From Eledone cirrhosa (taxonomy: Eukaryota): 64,000 nucleotides of DNA. The notes under the pieces were generated by a model, which saw only the letters and a program-made list of their open reading frames with translations, searched no databases and was not told the origin of the DNA. Shown here one piece after another: positions 41,466 to 55,551 of the stretch; the first letter of the stretch is position 1; each line of letters begins with the position of its first letter. The DNA lies in contig OZ024756.1 in the NCBI GenBank assembly GCA_964016885.1, forward strand, positions 17,856,001-17,920,000, in the 5' to 3' direction. Both the position numbers and the translations under genes were made by a program.

Positions 41466-41958
41466 ATATTGTTATACTTTGGGAGGGTCATGTTGCCAAT
41501 AAGAAACACATGCACCAGTTGCTTTCACTTCAATTTATTATAATAAATTTATAAATTTCTGATTGGTTGGTTGGTTCCACAACCAGATAGTTGTTTATAT
41601 ATTGTCATAGTTCTTTCGTCACACACTCTGTGACCTCTTCAGTGACTGGGGATTCCTTTCTTTGTTTCTGTGCCTCTCCTTTGTTCTGTCCTACGCCATT
41701 TTGTTTCTGCGTAGGACAGAACAAAGGAGAGGCACAGAAACAAAGAAAGGAATCCCCAGTCACTGAAGAGGTCACAGAGTGTGTGACGAAAGAACTATGA
41801 CAATATATAAACAACTATCTGGTTGTGGAACCAACCAACCAACCAGAAATTTATAAATTTATAAATTTATTATAAATTTATTATAATAAATTGAAGTGAA
41901 AGCAACTGGTGCATGTGTTTCTTATTGGCAACATGACCCTCCCAAAGTATAACAATAT
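41466..41958. mobile_element. Fold-back inverted pair of the same Penelope-like pLTR
   Basis: ~230-bp near-perfect arms around a 12-nt spacer (41697-41708); hammerhead core CTGAAGA at 41763. Confidence 0.8.
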
Positions 41959-42014
41959 CGGTTTCAACACACGATTTCAGATAAAGAATCTTGCTAAACA
42001 AATTCAGAAACGAA

Positions 42015-42169
<155 letters not shown>

Positions 42170-43019
42170 ATTGTTTTATTGCACAATATATATTTCAATG
42201 ACATGGTTATGTAATGGCTATATTATTGACAGTCTCCATATGACATCATCAGATGCTCATACAATTATGAAGTATAGCATACCAAGATGGTAATGTATTA
42301 CCATCTTGGTGTGATGCCATGTAACATATGTTGAAATATATATTATGCCTATGCTGCAAGAGGAATGACAGATCTTACTAAACAAAGATCACAGACAATT
42401 GAAGAAGTAGAGATAATTAAGAAACTGCTAGCTGGTGACAATGTTTCTGGGGGTATCATATGTGAAAAAGCAAGCAATTGCATGATAACCTGGTAGACAA
42501 GAAGCTTGGTACAACTGGCATTATCTTTCCATATTTTTGTGATATAAGTCTATGCTAGACTCATTGTCATTATTTATCAGTAAATCTGATAATTAATTGT
42601 TTCTACTTTTGGCTCAAGGCCAGCAATTATCCCAGTGTATTACTGGTGCTTTATTTTTATGAAAGGCAAAGTTAACCTCGGCAGGATTTGAAATCTGATA
42701 GATAATACAAGTAAATACAATGAGGGGCCTAACAAGTCAGAGTGTGTACATGTGTGTGTGTGGGGGGGTGACCTCTGGGTCACTGCCTGCTACATTTCTA
42801 GGTCAATGGTTGATTACATCCACATTTGCAGTTTAGATCATGTTTCAAGAGTTACATTTTTCCAAATGATGTCTTCTTAAAGTTAATAGTAGTTAGAGTA
42901 GTTATACAGTAAATGTTTTAACAACAATGATATTGCATTCACATGAATACACACACACATATATATATATATACACACACACATACAAATATATATATAT
43001 GTGTGTGTGCATATACATG

Positions 43020-43055
<36 letters not shown>

Positions 43056-43601
43056 TATAAATGTATATGTATATATGTATGTATCATCATCATCATCATC
43101 ACCGTTTTAAGTCCGTTCTTCCACGCTAGCATGGGTTAGAAGGGTTGTCCAGTGTCTGGTCGGCTGACCTTGTCTTGCTCAAACGGGAACTGATTCTGGG
43201 TTGATTTCTACAGCTGGATGCCCTTCCTAACACCAACCTCATTTACAGTGAGTGCTGGGTGCTTTTTCTCCGTGACGCCTCCACGTCCACTTTACAGTGT
43301 GGGCTGGGTGGTTTTTTGTCGTGGCACCTCCACGACCACTTTGCAGTGGAATAATAGGGACGCCTAGTCCTATCATCTCATTTCTACGGCTGAGTAAACT
43401 GGAGCAATGTGAAATAAAGTGTCTTGCTCAAGGAAACAACACATCACATGTTTATATATATATATATACATACACACAACCACACACATTTTGAATAGGT
43501 AAATATTTATATTATATTTTTTAATTTTGATTAATTTTAATTTTAAATTAATTTTGATTTATTTTGAAAAATTGGTTGAATTTTACTTGTTCTGCTTATC
43601 T

Positions 43602-43632
<31 letters not shown>

Positions 43633-44129
43633 CTAGCCGAATTACATGCGCCTTGCTGCATTTCACACATTTTTTTGTAAGAAAATGATGATTGATTTTA
43701 AATCAGTGATATAATTTATGGAGAAAAACTCTACATTTCAATATTACTCAATATAAAATGTAATGCATGAAAAATTGGACATTGCTGAATTTTTGAGTAT
43801 CAAGTATTTGGAGGCCATGGGTTTAGTATAGTGTGAGTGGAGAATTTTGGCCCTTGTGTCTATAGTGTTTAACCAGAGTTCCGTGTCTAACACTGGTAGT
43901 CTACTGTTAGGGTGTTTGGAAGGATAGTCAACGGTTACAGTTATACTCTGGTATATGGAGTTAGCTATCTGCTGGATTCTTTCCCTTGTGGTATTTTCTA
44001 ATTCAGGTTTACTGGTACTCTCTTGTGGGGGTGTTCTTATTAATATCGGCTACGTAACGAGAGTATATATGTATATATATATATATATATAAAATAACTT
44101 ACTAGAGGCGACGGATGAGATCTAAGACC

Positions 44130-46472
44130 AAGTGACTTGGTGGTGGAACAATAAGGTAGATGAGGCAGTTAAGGCCAAGAGACAGGCATGGAAAGAATGG
44201 AAGAACGGGGGAAGCAGGGTACATTACATAGAGACCAAGAGGGAAGCTAGGCGTCAAGTATACTTAGCTAGGAGGGAAGCAGAAGATAGAAAATTCAAGC
44301 ATGTTTTGCAACGTGAGGACCAGAAACAGGAGGTGTTCAAGGCAGTGTGTCAGAGAGAATTGTGATGTCATTGGAGAGAAGTGTATCCGATAAAGGTGAG
44401 CTTGCCCTCACAAGTGCTGAGAAGAAAGTTGCATGGAAGAGCCATTATGATAGATTACTAAATGAGGAGAGTGCATGGGAAGTAAACCCTATAGAGGGGC
44501 CAGCAGCACAAGTCAGCAGCGTAGTAAGTAAGGCAATCAAAGATATGAAGATGGGGAAGGCAACCGGTCCATCGGGTATAGCTGCCGAGATGCTGAAGGC
44601 ACCTGGGTCTGTAGGTCACACTATAACCACACGTATTGTTAACCAGGTAATACTAGAAGGTGTCATACCAAAAGATTGGTGCAGTAGCATCATTGTCAAC
44701 TGCTACAAAGGTAAAGGTGATGCACTAGATAGAGGAAACTATAGAGGTATAAAGCTGATGGACCAGGTCATGAAAGTAACAGAAAGAGTTATAGCTCAGT
44801 TGATTAGGGACCGGGTGAAACTAGATAAGATGCAATTTGGGTTTGTACCAGGAAGAGGCACCACTGATGCTCCACTGAGGCAGTTACAGGAAAAGTACCT
44901 AGCTAAAAGTAAGCCACTCTACCTGGCATTCGTCAATCTCGAGAAAGCCTTTGACAGAGTTCCACGTGCTATAATCTGGTGAGCTCTTAGAAAACTAGGA
45001 GTAGATGAATGGCTTGTGAAAGCTGTACAAGCCATGTATAGGGGAGCAGTCAGCAAAGTTAGGATTAGCAATGAGTATAGCGAGGAATTTAGTGTACAGG
45101 TTGGTGTCCACCAGGGCTCTGTTCTTAGCCCTCTCCTGTTCATCATAGTCCTGCAGGCAATAACGGAGGAGTTTAAGACCGGATGCCCATGGGAACTCCT
45201 GTATGCAGATGATCTCACACTTATAGCTGAATCTATGGTAGAACTAGAGAAGAAATTCCAAATTTGGAAGCAGGGACTAGAAAGAAAGGGTCTCAAAGTC
45301 AACATGACAAAGACTAAGGTCCTTGTAAGTAGACGAGAAAACAGAACCCAGATCCCCTCAGGGAAATGGCCTTGCTCAGTATGTAGGAAAGGTGTAGGTA
45401 GGAACTCCATTCTCTGCCCCAAATGCAAACAATGGGTACACAAGAGATGTAGTGGGATCCCCCAGAAAGCTTAATTAAGAATATAGGCTTCACATGTAGC
45501 AGCTGTGCTGGGACAGCAAGCAGCAAACAGCCACAGGAAACAAGTACCACCAATCTCTGGGAGAGCTCTGTAGAAACAGTAGACAGCTTCTGCTACCTAG
45601 GTGACCGAATTAGCAGCGGAGGTGGGTGTTCAGAAAGTACAATAACTAGGGTAAGAACGGGATGGAAGAAGTTCAGGGAACTATTGCCACTGCTAGCTGC
45701 AAAAGGCTTCTCCCTCAGAATGAAAGGCAGACTGTATGATGTGTGTATCCGAACAGCAATGTTACATGGTAGTGAGACCTGGGTGCTGAAGGTGGAAGAC
45801 TTACGTAGATTAGAAGAAACGAAGCCTGCATGCTCCGATGGATGTGTAATAGTAATATACGTGAACGGCAATGCATAAATGAATTGAGAGAGACATTGAG
45901 CATAAGATGAATCAAATGCTGTGTGCAGGAGAGGAGGTTGCGTTGGTATGGACATGTGATGCGTATGAAGCATGACAGCTGCAAAAAAAGGTGCAGAGCA
46001 CTAGAAGTCAATGGAAACTGCGGAGTGGGGAGACCCAAGAAGACCTGGGATGAGGTGATAAAAGCCGACCTTACCCAATTACACTTCTCAAAGGCGATGA
46101 CAGACGACCGTGACCTCTGGCGTCACGCAGTAATACAGAGTACCCGACCTCCCATGGGTACAAGCTGAAGCATATAGACAATATGCCCCAACACCCTCCC
46201 ACTGCAAAGTGGTCGTGGAGGTACCACGGCAAAAAAGCACCCAGCCCACACTGTAAAGTGGACGTGGAGGCGCCACGGAAAAAAGCACCCAGCACTCACT
46301 GTAAATGAGGTTGGTGTTAGGAAGGGCATCCAGCTGTAGAAATCAAGCCAAAATCAGTTCCAGTATGAGCAAATAATGGTCAGCCGACCAGACACTGCCC
46401 ACAACAGGACAACCCGTCTAACCCATGCTAGCATGGAAGAACGGACGTAAAACGGTGATGATGATGATGATG
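44130..46472 (+). mobile_element. RTE-clade LINE, 5'-truncated, with stops and frameshifts
   Basis: ORFs 44132-44365 (WWWN), 44347-44982 (KGKGDALDRGNYRGIKL), 45016-45474 (YADD; CSVC..C.KC..WVH.RC) and 45684-46168; (GAT)n tail. Confidence 0.93.
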
Positions 46473-46664
46473 ATATATATATATAACAAAGGAATTGTGG
46501 TAAGGAACCAGATGGAACATAACACACCAGAGTACTCAATACTTAGGGTAGTAGAGTGGGAAATAGGAAAAAGTACGACCCAGACGGCAGAGCTCAAGCC
46601 GTTTCGTGAGTCCAGAAATAGCCACCAAAACGGCTTGAGCTCTGCCGTCGGGGTCAAACTTTTT

Positions 46665-46697
<33 letters not shown>

Positions 46698-46993
46698 TCA
46701 TCATCATCATCATCATCACCGTTTTACGTCCGTTCTTCCACGCTAGCATGGGTTAGACGGGTTGTCCTGTTGTGGGCAGTGTCTGGTCGGCTGACCATGC
46801 CTTGCTCATACAGGAACTGATCTGGCTTGATTTCTACAGCTGGATGCCCTTCCTAACACCAACCTCATTTACAGTGAGTGCTGGGTGCTTTTTCGTGGCG
46901 CCTACACGTCCACTTTACAGTGTGGGCTGGGTGCTTTTTTGCCGTGGCACCTCCACGGCCACCTTGCGGTGGGGGGGGGGGGCATATTGTTTA

Positions 46994-47002
<9 letters not shown>

Positions 47003-47046
<44 letters not shown>

Positions 47047-50000
47047 AATATTGTGTACAGTGCTCAGGTACACTACAACTCATCAAAAAGTGTATGTATA
47101 GTACATAGGGTAATGTACAAACGTCAGGAAAATGAAGAGTGCATGAGTCATGATATACACGTGTGTGCATGTGTATGGAAGGGGTACATCAGGTGTAGTT
47201 TTGGCGTATTTCGGGAAGCATGAGTGTTTTAAAGGATGCAGTGTCTTGGCAGCTAACAACTGACGCAGGCAGTTTGTTCCATGCTTCAGCAACTCTGAGC
47301 GTGAAAAAATGTCTACGAAAGTCATGGGAGCTGTGCTGATTTCTGATTTTGTAGGCATGTCCATGTGTGTTAGACACATGGAGATCAAAAAGGTGCTTAG
47401 GGTTATTGTTGGCGAGATGGTTAATAACTTTGTGGGTGTTTACCAAGTCCATTGCCAGACGTCGGAGCTTCAATGAATCCATGCCCAGGGAAGCAAGGCG
47501 TTCAGAGTATGAGAGGTGTCTGATGGAGGGTATGCGCTTGGTTGCACGTCTCTGAACAGTTTCCAGGCGGTCAATGTTCTGAGCAAGATAGGGGTTCCAG
47601 ACTGATGATGCGAATTCCAAGTGTGGTCGTACCATAGCTGCATACAGTTTTAAATAGATGGCTGGAGAGCGGCTAACAAAGGTCTTACTGAGTGGTGCCA
47701 AGGCACCCTTGGCCTTCTTGACAATCTTAGAGACATGCTTTGTCCAACGCAAATCGCTGCTGACAGTAATGCCCAGGTCACGTTCACAAGAGGACTTCTT
47801 GATATCAGTGTTGTGGAGGGAGTATGTGGACGCTGGATTTTTCCTCCCAAAATGCATGGTGGTACACTTGTCCACAGCCAGCTTCAGTTGCCAGTCTGTG
47901 ATCCATTGCTGCATTGTGTCCAGATCTGATTGTAGGAAAGAGTTGTAGATTTCAGGATCAGTCCTTTTGATTTCAAGGTACAGCTTGTTGTCATCTGCAT
48001 ATTTCAGTACCGTGGCATTCTGTAAGTTGGCATCTATGTCATTAATATATGCCTCAAACAAAAGGGGACCAAGAACAGATCCCTGTGGTACACCAGATGA
48101 CATCTCATATGGTGAAGAATGCTGTCCTAGAACCGTGACTACCTCTTTTCGGCTGAGAATGAAGGATTTCAACCAGTCGAAAAGATCATCCCTCACACCC
48201 ATTGCAGAGAGTTTTGCCATAAGTCTTTTGTGTGGCACAGAATTAAAAGCCTTAGCAAAGTCAAGGCAAACAACATCCACCCATGAGCCGCTGTCAGTGA
48301 TCCGGGTGATGTCTTCAAGGAACTCAATAAGCTGATCACAGCAGCTGGAATTAGGGATAAATCCAAACTGCGATGGCCGGATGAGACTGTGAGAGCTCAA
48401 GAAGTTCCAAAGTGTTTCTCTGACACAGGATTCCATCAGTTTGGCCATACAGCTAGTAAGACTGACTGGACGATAGTTGACAGGTGACATGCGGTTGCCC
48501 TTTTTGAACAGGGGAATGACACTGGCAGTTTTCCACTGCTCCGGAGAAGCACCATTGTTGAGACAGTATTGAAAGAAGAAAGAAAGCTGGCGCGAAAGGA
48601 AATACCCGCCATGTTTGAGAGGCAGGTATGTAACACCATCAAGACCAGGGGAGGCATAGTTGCGCTTATTCTTAAGGTGACGTCGCAACATTGTAGGTGT
48701 AAATTCCATAGTTGTTATGGAATTTGATGTTAGAGATGGTGGAGATGGTACATTCTGGTTTTCAACAGTAAAAATACTTGCATAGCACTCAGCAATGAGT
48801 TCTGCGCATTCTTTGGGATCATCAGTGATCTGGCTTGTGTGGGGATTGCGAAGAGGACCAACTGGAGAGTGAGGTCTCTGCTTTGAATGAACATATTTCC
48901 AGAACACCTTACAGTCAGGATTGGTTGCTATGCACTGTTCAAATTCAAACACTGCCTTCTTTGTCACTTGCTTGAGATGGTTAGAAGATTTATTCCGCTT
49001 TTTTCTGTTGGCATCTGATTTATGCAGTTTATATTCCCGTTCAGCATTCCGACGTTCTTTCCTGGCAAGTCGGACCGCTGAAGTTTCCCAAATTGCACTT
49101 TTGGGGTGGTTTTTTTCTGCTTACGTGGCACCGATGCTGCACACGCTATCCATATTGAGTCCAGGATGCTCTGGAGTATAGTGTTCACATCTCCAGAGTT
49201 ATACATCTCATGCCAGTTTGGGCGCTGTAGCTCAGTGCAGTACAAGTTCCAATCTGCTTTCTTCCAATCAAAGCAAGGAGATTGGAGATGGCTCTGGTTT
49301 TTGTTGCTGCCCGCAAGAGCCAGATTGGCAATGATCATAGCATGATCAGAGTCGCCTAGAGGTTCCTCAGAAGTACAATTGATAACCACTTCAGGGGTAG
49401 TGGTGAAGATCAGGTCCAAAGTGTTGTCACCTCTTGTTGGAGAGGTGACTACTTGTGACCAATTTGAGTCTAGCACTAGTTCAAGGAAATCATTTGCACT
49501 TTGTGGCCAATGAAAGGTTTCCCAATCGATCTCAGGATGATTGAAGTCACCTGCAATAAACACATAGTGGCTGTTTTCCTGAGGATATCGCAAAGCTGTG
49601 TGTCCTGATGGTAGTTTGGGGGTGCGATAAACAACACCAAGCAGAAGTGTTGACATGGTCATACGTATGTCACAAAAAAAAACGTCTTGTGATTCGTTCA
49701 AATCAACGCAAGGAATTACCGAAAAGTTTGAACGACGTAGACCATCACACCACCACCACGGCGATTAATGTGGTCCTTGCGGAAAAGGTTGCACCCAGTA
49801 ATGCTGAAAACCCCATCACAGAGTAAGGAATGTGCCCATGTTTCTGTGACTGTGATGAAGTCAGGGTCGATGCTTCTGACGTAGGAGTCAAACAGATGTA
49901 TTTTGTTGCATAAACTGTGAGCATTTAAGGACAACAATTTGTACCCTGCTTGCAGTTTATGATGGTGTGTAGAGGGTGGCAGGGTGTTCTGGTTTAGTTT

Positions 50001-50380
50001 CCCAGAGTTGTTGCAGTTTTTTCATTGCCAGTTATTGTGGGTAGAGCACACTCAGACCAGCTGGTATCTCTCTTCCATGTTTCACCAGCCTTAACAAACC
50101 TCCAGATCGGCCCATCATCATGTAGACTAAAACTTTCATGTTGTGCTGAGTTCCGATTCAAGGAAGCTGCAGCACGTAGCTTTGGACGTACATGGGGTGG
50201 TAGGCCTGGGCGTGTTCGGAAGGTAATCCGATTTTCACGCCCAGCTTTAACAGAGGCCAGATGGTATGAGATTGCATAGGCGGGGTCCGAAAAAGACAGC
50301 CTGATGAGCCTGCGTTTTGGACCAGGTCGACCCAGATCGGAGAGCACCTTTTGGGGGAACACAGCCTAGGTCTTTGGCTG
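47003..50380 (-). mobile_element. CR1-group LINE: ORF1 remnant, APE endonuclease, RT, (ATT)n tail
   Basis: SLNAHSL..K, VTETW, RGGGV, GDFN, LDLIF and SDH (APE); LDFAKAF, GVPQGSVLGPLLF, YADD, RPHLEFASSVWNP and VQRRATK (RT, ORF 47189-48967); frameshifted upstream. Confidence 0.93.
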
Positions 50381-50427
50381 AGCTGTATGTATATATGTAT
50401 ACATATATGTATATATGTATATATATA

Positions 50428-50990
50428 TATTGTTATACTTTGGGAGGGTCATGTTGCCAATAAGAAACACACGCACCAGTGCTTTCACTTCAATTTATTA
50501 TATATTTATAAATTTATAAATTTACAAACTTATAAATTTCTGGTTGGTTCCACAACCAGATAGTTGTTTATATATAGTCATAGTCCTTTCGTCACACACT
50601 CTGTGACCTCTTCAGTGACTGGGGATTCCTTTCTTTCTGTGCCTTTCCTTTCTTCTGTCCTACGCCATTTTGTTTCTGTGTGTGTGTTGTGTGCTCAGTT
50701 TGCGCATGCGCCACATCCGGGTGTCTGTGTGTGTTTGTGTTCATTTATCTATTTGTTTATTTATTTACATGTTGTTGGTTGGTTGTTCTATGTGTGTGTG
50801 TGTTTTCATTTTGTCCTTAATTGTAAGTTGTGATGTTGCTGTTCCACTCATATTTTCTATTTAATTTTGGTTGTAATTCTTTTATGCTTACTGCCTCTGT
50901 AATTTGCCTAAACATTGCATCTTTTCTGTGTGTGGATTCTATTTTTATTTCTATGTTCTCTAATTTACCCTTGCTAAACAAATTCAGAAA
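50428..50990 (-). mobile_element. Penelope-like element 3' end (GIY-YIG tail + pLTR with hammerhead)
   Basis: ORF 50817-51107 ends ..RQITEAVSIKELQPKLN.., matching the GIY-YIG C-terminal R..EA..I....P.LN pattern; hammerhead core at ~50578-50620; adjacent to (TA)n. Confidence 0.7.
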
Positions 50991-51094
50991 CGTATATATA
51001 TGTATATATATATGTATATATACATATATATATGTGTATATCAACATATATATGTACATATATATATATACATATAAACATATATATATATATA

Positions 51095-51593
<499 letters not shown>

Positions 51594-52090
51594 TTTTATA
51601 TATATATATATATATATATAAAAGATGTAGTAAAAAAATAGCAATTGCTATTTTTTTAGCAGCCAAGCCATCAACAAGTCTGTAATATTCCCGCTTGCTC
51701 TAGTGGCCAGGTCACGTTTGGGTCACTTTAACGGCTATAACTCATACGAGCTGGTAGTTAGCATTATATTTGCGGACCATGGGACATATGTCCTATAGAA
51801 AGGAAATACCTATCTGATGAAATCTACTTTCCGTTGGAAATTCCCTGAATTTCCAATCTTTTGTGGATGGAAACCGCCGGTAATAGCATTATGAACAGGT
51901 AGATATTTAAATTATTTTTTAATTTATTTAAAGGATTGTTTAATGTTTGTTTGTTCTGCTCATCAATTTTTATACATATATATATATATATATATATGCA
52001 TATATATATATCTATTTATATATATATGTACATATATATATCGATATACATATATACATATATATATACACATACACATATATATATATG

Positions 52091-52123
<33 letters not shown>

Positions 52124-52130
52124 ATATATG

Positions 52131-52161
<31 letters not shown>

Positions 52162-52180
52162 GTATATACATATATATATG

Positions 52181-52224
<44 letters not shown>

Positions 52225-52699
52225 TATATTATATATAAATATATATATATATATTATATATATATTCATCTCCATCCTCTACTTATCTGACCTAGATTTT
52301 AGAGCTCTTCTCGCCCACCTCCAGTGAAACCATCACTACCATAACCACCACCACCACCACCACTAACCCACCCCGCACAGCCAGTGACACTATAACCACC
52401 ACTTCTCTACAACATGTGGTACTTCTTTTTGGTATTCTCTGGGTCTAACTCTACTACTTCAAATCCTATATATTATATATCTAGATATTACTATATCTAT
52501 CTGTCTATCTCTGTCTGCTTCTCTCTCTCTCCCTCCTTCATTCTTTCTATCTTTCTCTTTATCTGTCTGTCTCTCTTTTATATTCACACACTGTTTATCT
52601 TTCTTTCTCTCCCACTATCTCTCATTCACTTTGTCTATTTGCCTTTACTAGTCTTCATTAAGGCATATCTCAAGGAGAAGGTCACTCTGATATATATAT

Positions 52700-52988
52700 T
52701 TAAAAAAGTCTAAAGACTGTCTTAAGCCAGAAGGGTCATTTGGCCGGTGCTTATCCCGATTTCATGGCGTGAAGCGACTGAGAGTACAAGACTCCCCCCT
52801 GGACAGGAAGCCAGTCCATCGCAGGGTTAAACCTCCAGCTATTGCTGGTACTCATTTTCAGCTGAGTATACTGGAGCAACGTGAAATGAAGTGTCTTGTT
52901 CAAGAACACAACAAACAGCCTAGGAATTGAACCCACGACATTATGATCGTAAGTCCAACACTCTTACCACTGGGCCTCGTGCCTCCAC
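52700..52988 (-). mobile_element. tRNA-headed SINE with a different tail (family 3)
   Basis: Minus strand GGAGGCACGAGGCCCAGTGGTAAG..GGTTCAATTCC, CORE-like TTCTTGAACAAGACACTT, then AACCCTGCGATGGACTGGC. Confidence 0.7.
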
Positions 52989-53059
52989 GATATATATATA
53001 TGTATATATATATTAAAATATAAATATTCATAAAATAGATGTTCTTTTGATCAATTACA

Positions 53060-53110
53060 TTTTATTATACATATTTCGGATGTACAACAGTACGTCCTCA
53101 TCAGACAAAA
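53060..53110 (-). ncRNA. Minimal hammerhead motif, family D
   Basis: Minus strand TTTTGT CTGATGA GGACGTAC-TGTT-GTACATCC GAAA TATG TA TAATAAAA; homologous to both arms of 9414-9693. Confidence 0.6.
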
Positions 53111-53905
53111 TATAATGATACATGACATAGCCTGAGATGTTAAATATATATATATATATATCCAGTGGGTGTAACTATGAGTTCCTTTTTATCCTTTCTA
53201 TATATATATATATATCAGAGTGACGCATAAGGAGTTATATTTAGTAACTCCTGATTTGTAATTCAGAGTTTATTAAAATGCATCAGAATAATATTCCACA
53301 CAGAATAACTTTAAGAACATATAATAGATAAAATCATTTATTATGACATCATGGTACAAAGTGCAAAAGTTAAATTTAAAAAAAAAAACAGTTCATCATC
53401 ATCATCATTTTACGTCCGCTTTTCCCTGCTTGCAAGGGTGGGACGGGAACTGATTCTGGCTCGATTTCTACAGCTGGATGCCCTTCCAAACACCAACCTC
53501 ATTTATAGAGAGTGCTGGGTGCTTTTTTTGCCGTGGCACCTCCACGACCACTTTGCAGTGGAATGGTAGGGAACCCAGTCCTATCATCTCATTTCTAGAG
53601 CTGAGTAAACTGGAGCAAATAAAGTATCTTTCTCAAGGAAACAACACATCATCTGGTCTGAAAATTGAACTCACAACCTTTCGATTGCAAGGCCAATGCT
53701 CTAACTACTAAGCCATGTGCCTCCAGTTCAAATATGGTAATGATCAAGAGATATATATTTTTGTGATAGAAGGATGTGATGGTTAGAGAATCATATTAAA
53801 AAGTTGATAGTTCAGATATTGCTTGTCCTTGTTAATGATAAAAGTTTTTCACAAATAAATTTATACAGTTTGAGTAGTGTATTATTCCAATTTATGCAGT
53901 GATTT

Positions 53906-54121
53906 TTAACCCTTTAGCATTTAAACTGGCCGTATCTGGCCAGAATTCTCTCACCTCTTTCTTTTCAAACCGGCTGTAACCAGCCACTCATACCGATGTT
54001 AAGGTATTATTCTCAAAATAGATAATATCAAAATCTCATAGATTCAATATTATGTGAGATAAAGCCTTTACCATGAAAATACAATAGTATATAGAGAGTA
54101 ATGTAAATGCTAAATGGTTAA
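53906..54121. mobile_element. piggyBac-type MITE
   Basis: Same family, TTAA at both ends. Confidence 0.8.
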
Positions 54122-54136
54122 CAAACATCGTATATA

Positions 54137-54168
<32 letters not shown>

Positions 54169-54409
54169 AAGGTTTACATATACATAAAGTTATAGATATA
54201 TATGTTGCAACCGGTCACTTTGTGGCTCTATGAAGAATTAATAAATTAAATAATCAGAGCAATATATCATAAATCATGTCTTTAGAATTATTAGATAAAA
54301 TATATACCATTTCCTCTCCCAATCAGCATAATTAACCATATAAAAAATCAATTAGACCAAGCTATAAGAATAAAGGCTCTTATGAAGAAATCTAAAGACA
54401 TGATTTATG

Positions 54410-54476
<67 letters not shown>

Positions 54477-54649
54477 TCATTTTACGTCCACTTTTCCCTG
54501 CTTACAAAGCCAATTTCTTGGACTTTTTTACAAATACAAACTTATCTTTTTAAAAAATTATAACAGCTGTAAGTTTATTAAGTAATTATTACAAACCCAT
54601 CTTATTTATTTTGGTAATCGTAACAATAAACTTACAGCTGTTAAAATTA

Positions 54650-55170
54650 CTCTCAAGGAAGCCTGCACAATGCACTCTACATGTGAATGGAGTTCCACTG
54701 AATCAGGTGGAGTTCAAGTATCTCAGGGCCATGTTCACAAGTGATGGAAGGCAGGAAGCTGAATTAAGTGCAAGAATTGCAGGAGCTGGTGCAGTAATGT
54801 GCTAGCTTCAGCATTCAGTAATCAGAAGGGAAGTAGGTGTAAAAGCCAAATTTGCTATCTTCAATTCAGTATTCGTGCCAACATTTAACTGTGGCCATGA
54901 ATCTTGTGTAATGACTGAAAGAATACGATCGCAAATACAAGCAGCAGAAATACAGTTCCTCTGAGGGGGGTCTTTGAAGTAACGTTACTCGGAGATCAGA
55001 GAGTCACTCTAGGTAGAGCCGCTACTCCTCCAAATTGAGAGATCACAGCTCCACACTATGAGCTTGTGGTTAGAATGTTTCAGGAAAAAATCATTGGATA
55101 AAACCAACCGGCAAGAGCCCCAAGGGTAGACTCCAAGCAAGATGGTTGGATAACATCCATGATCTTGACT
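54650..55170 (+). mobile_element. Old RTE-like LINE C-terminal remnant (different family)
   Basis: FKYLRAMFTSDGRQEAELSARI.. followed by a degenerate GHES-type segment. Confidence 0.6.
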
Positions 55171-55551
55171 AGTCTCACTTAGGGATCCATGTCTAACCCA
55201 TGCTTGCATGGGAAAATGGCCATTAAATGGTGAAAATGATGATATATATTTATCATCACTGTTTAATGTCCATTTTTCCACACTAGCATCGGTTAGACAA
55301 GTTGTCCCATTGTGAGAAAAACCAGGTCAGATAACTGTGTCTTGCTCATATAGAACATGTTACTGTGTGAACTGAGTTCTTTTTTATTGTGGTACCAAAA
55401 CTGACTCTGTATTTGGGGGGGGGGTTGTCGTGTCACCAGTACAATCACCTTACAGGGTAGACTGGATGCTTTTTGTCATGGCTCCAGTATAGCGACCTTA
55501 CAGGGTGGACTGGGTGCTTTTTTATCATGGCTCCAGTATAGCCACCTTACA

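Noticed and set aside
41591-41814. Mirror-image ORFs on both strands
   Set aside because: A consequence of the palindrome; non-coding pLTR sequence.
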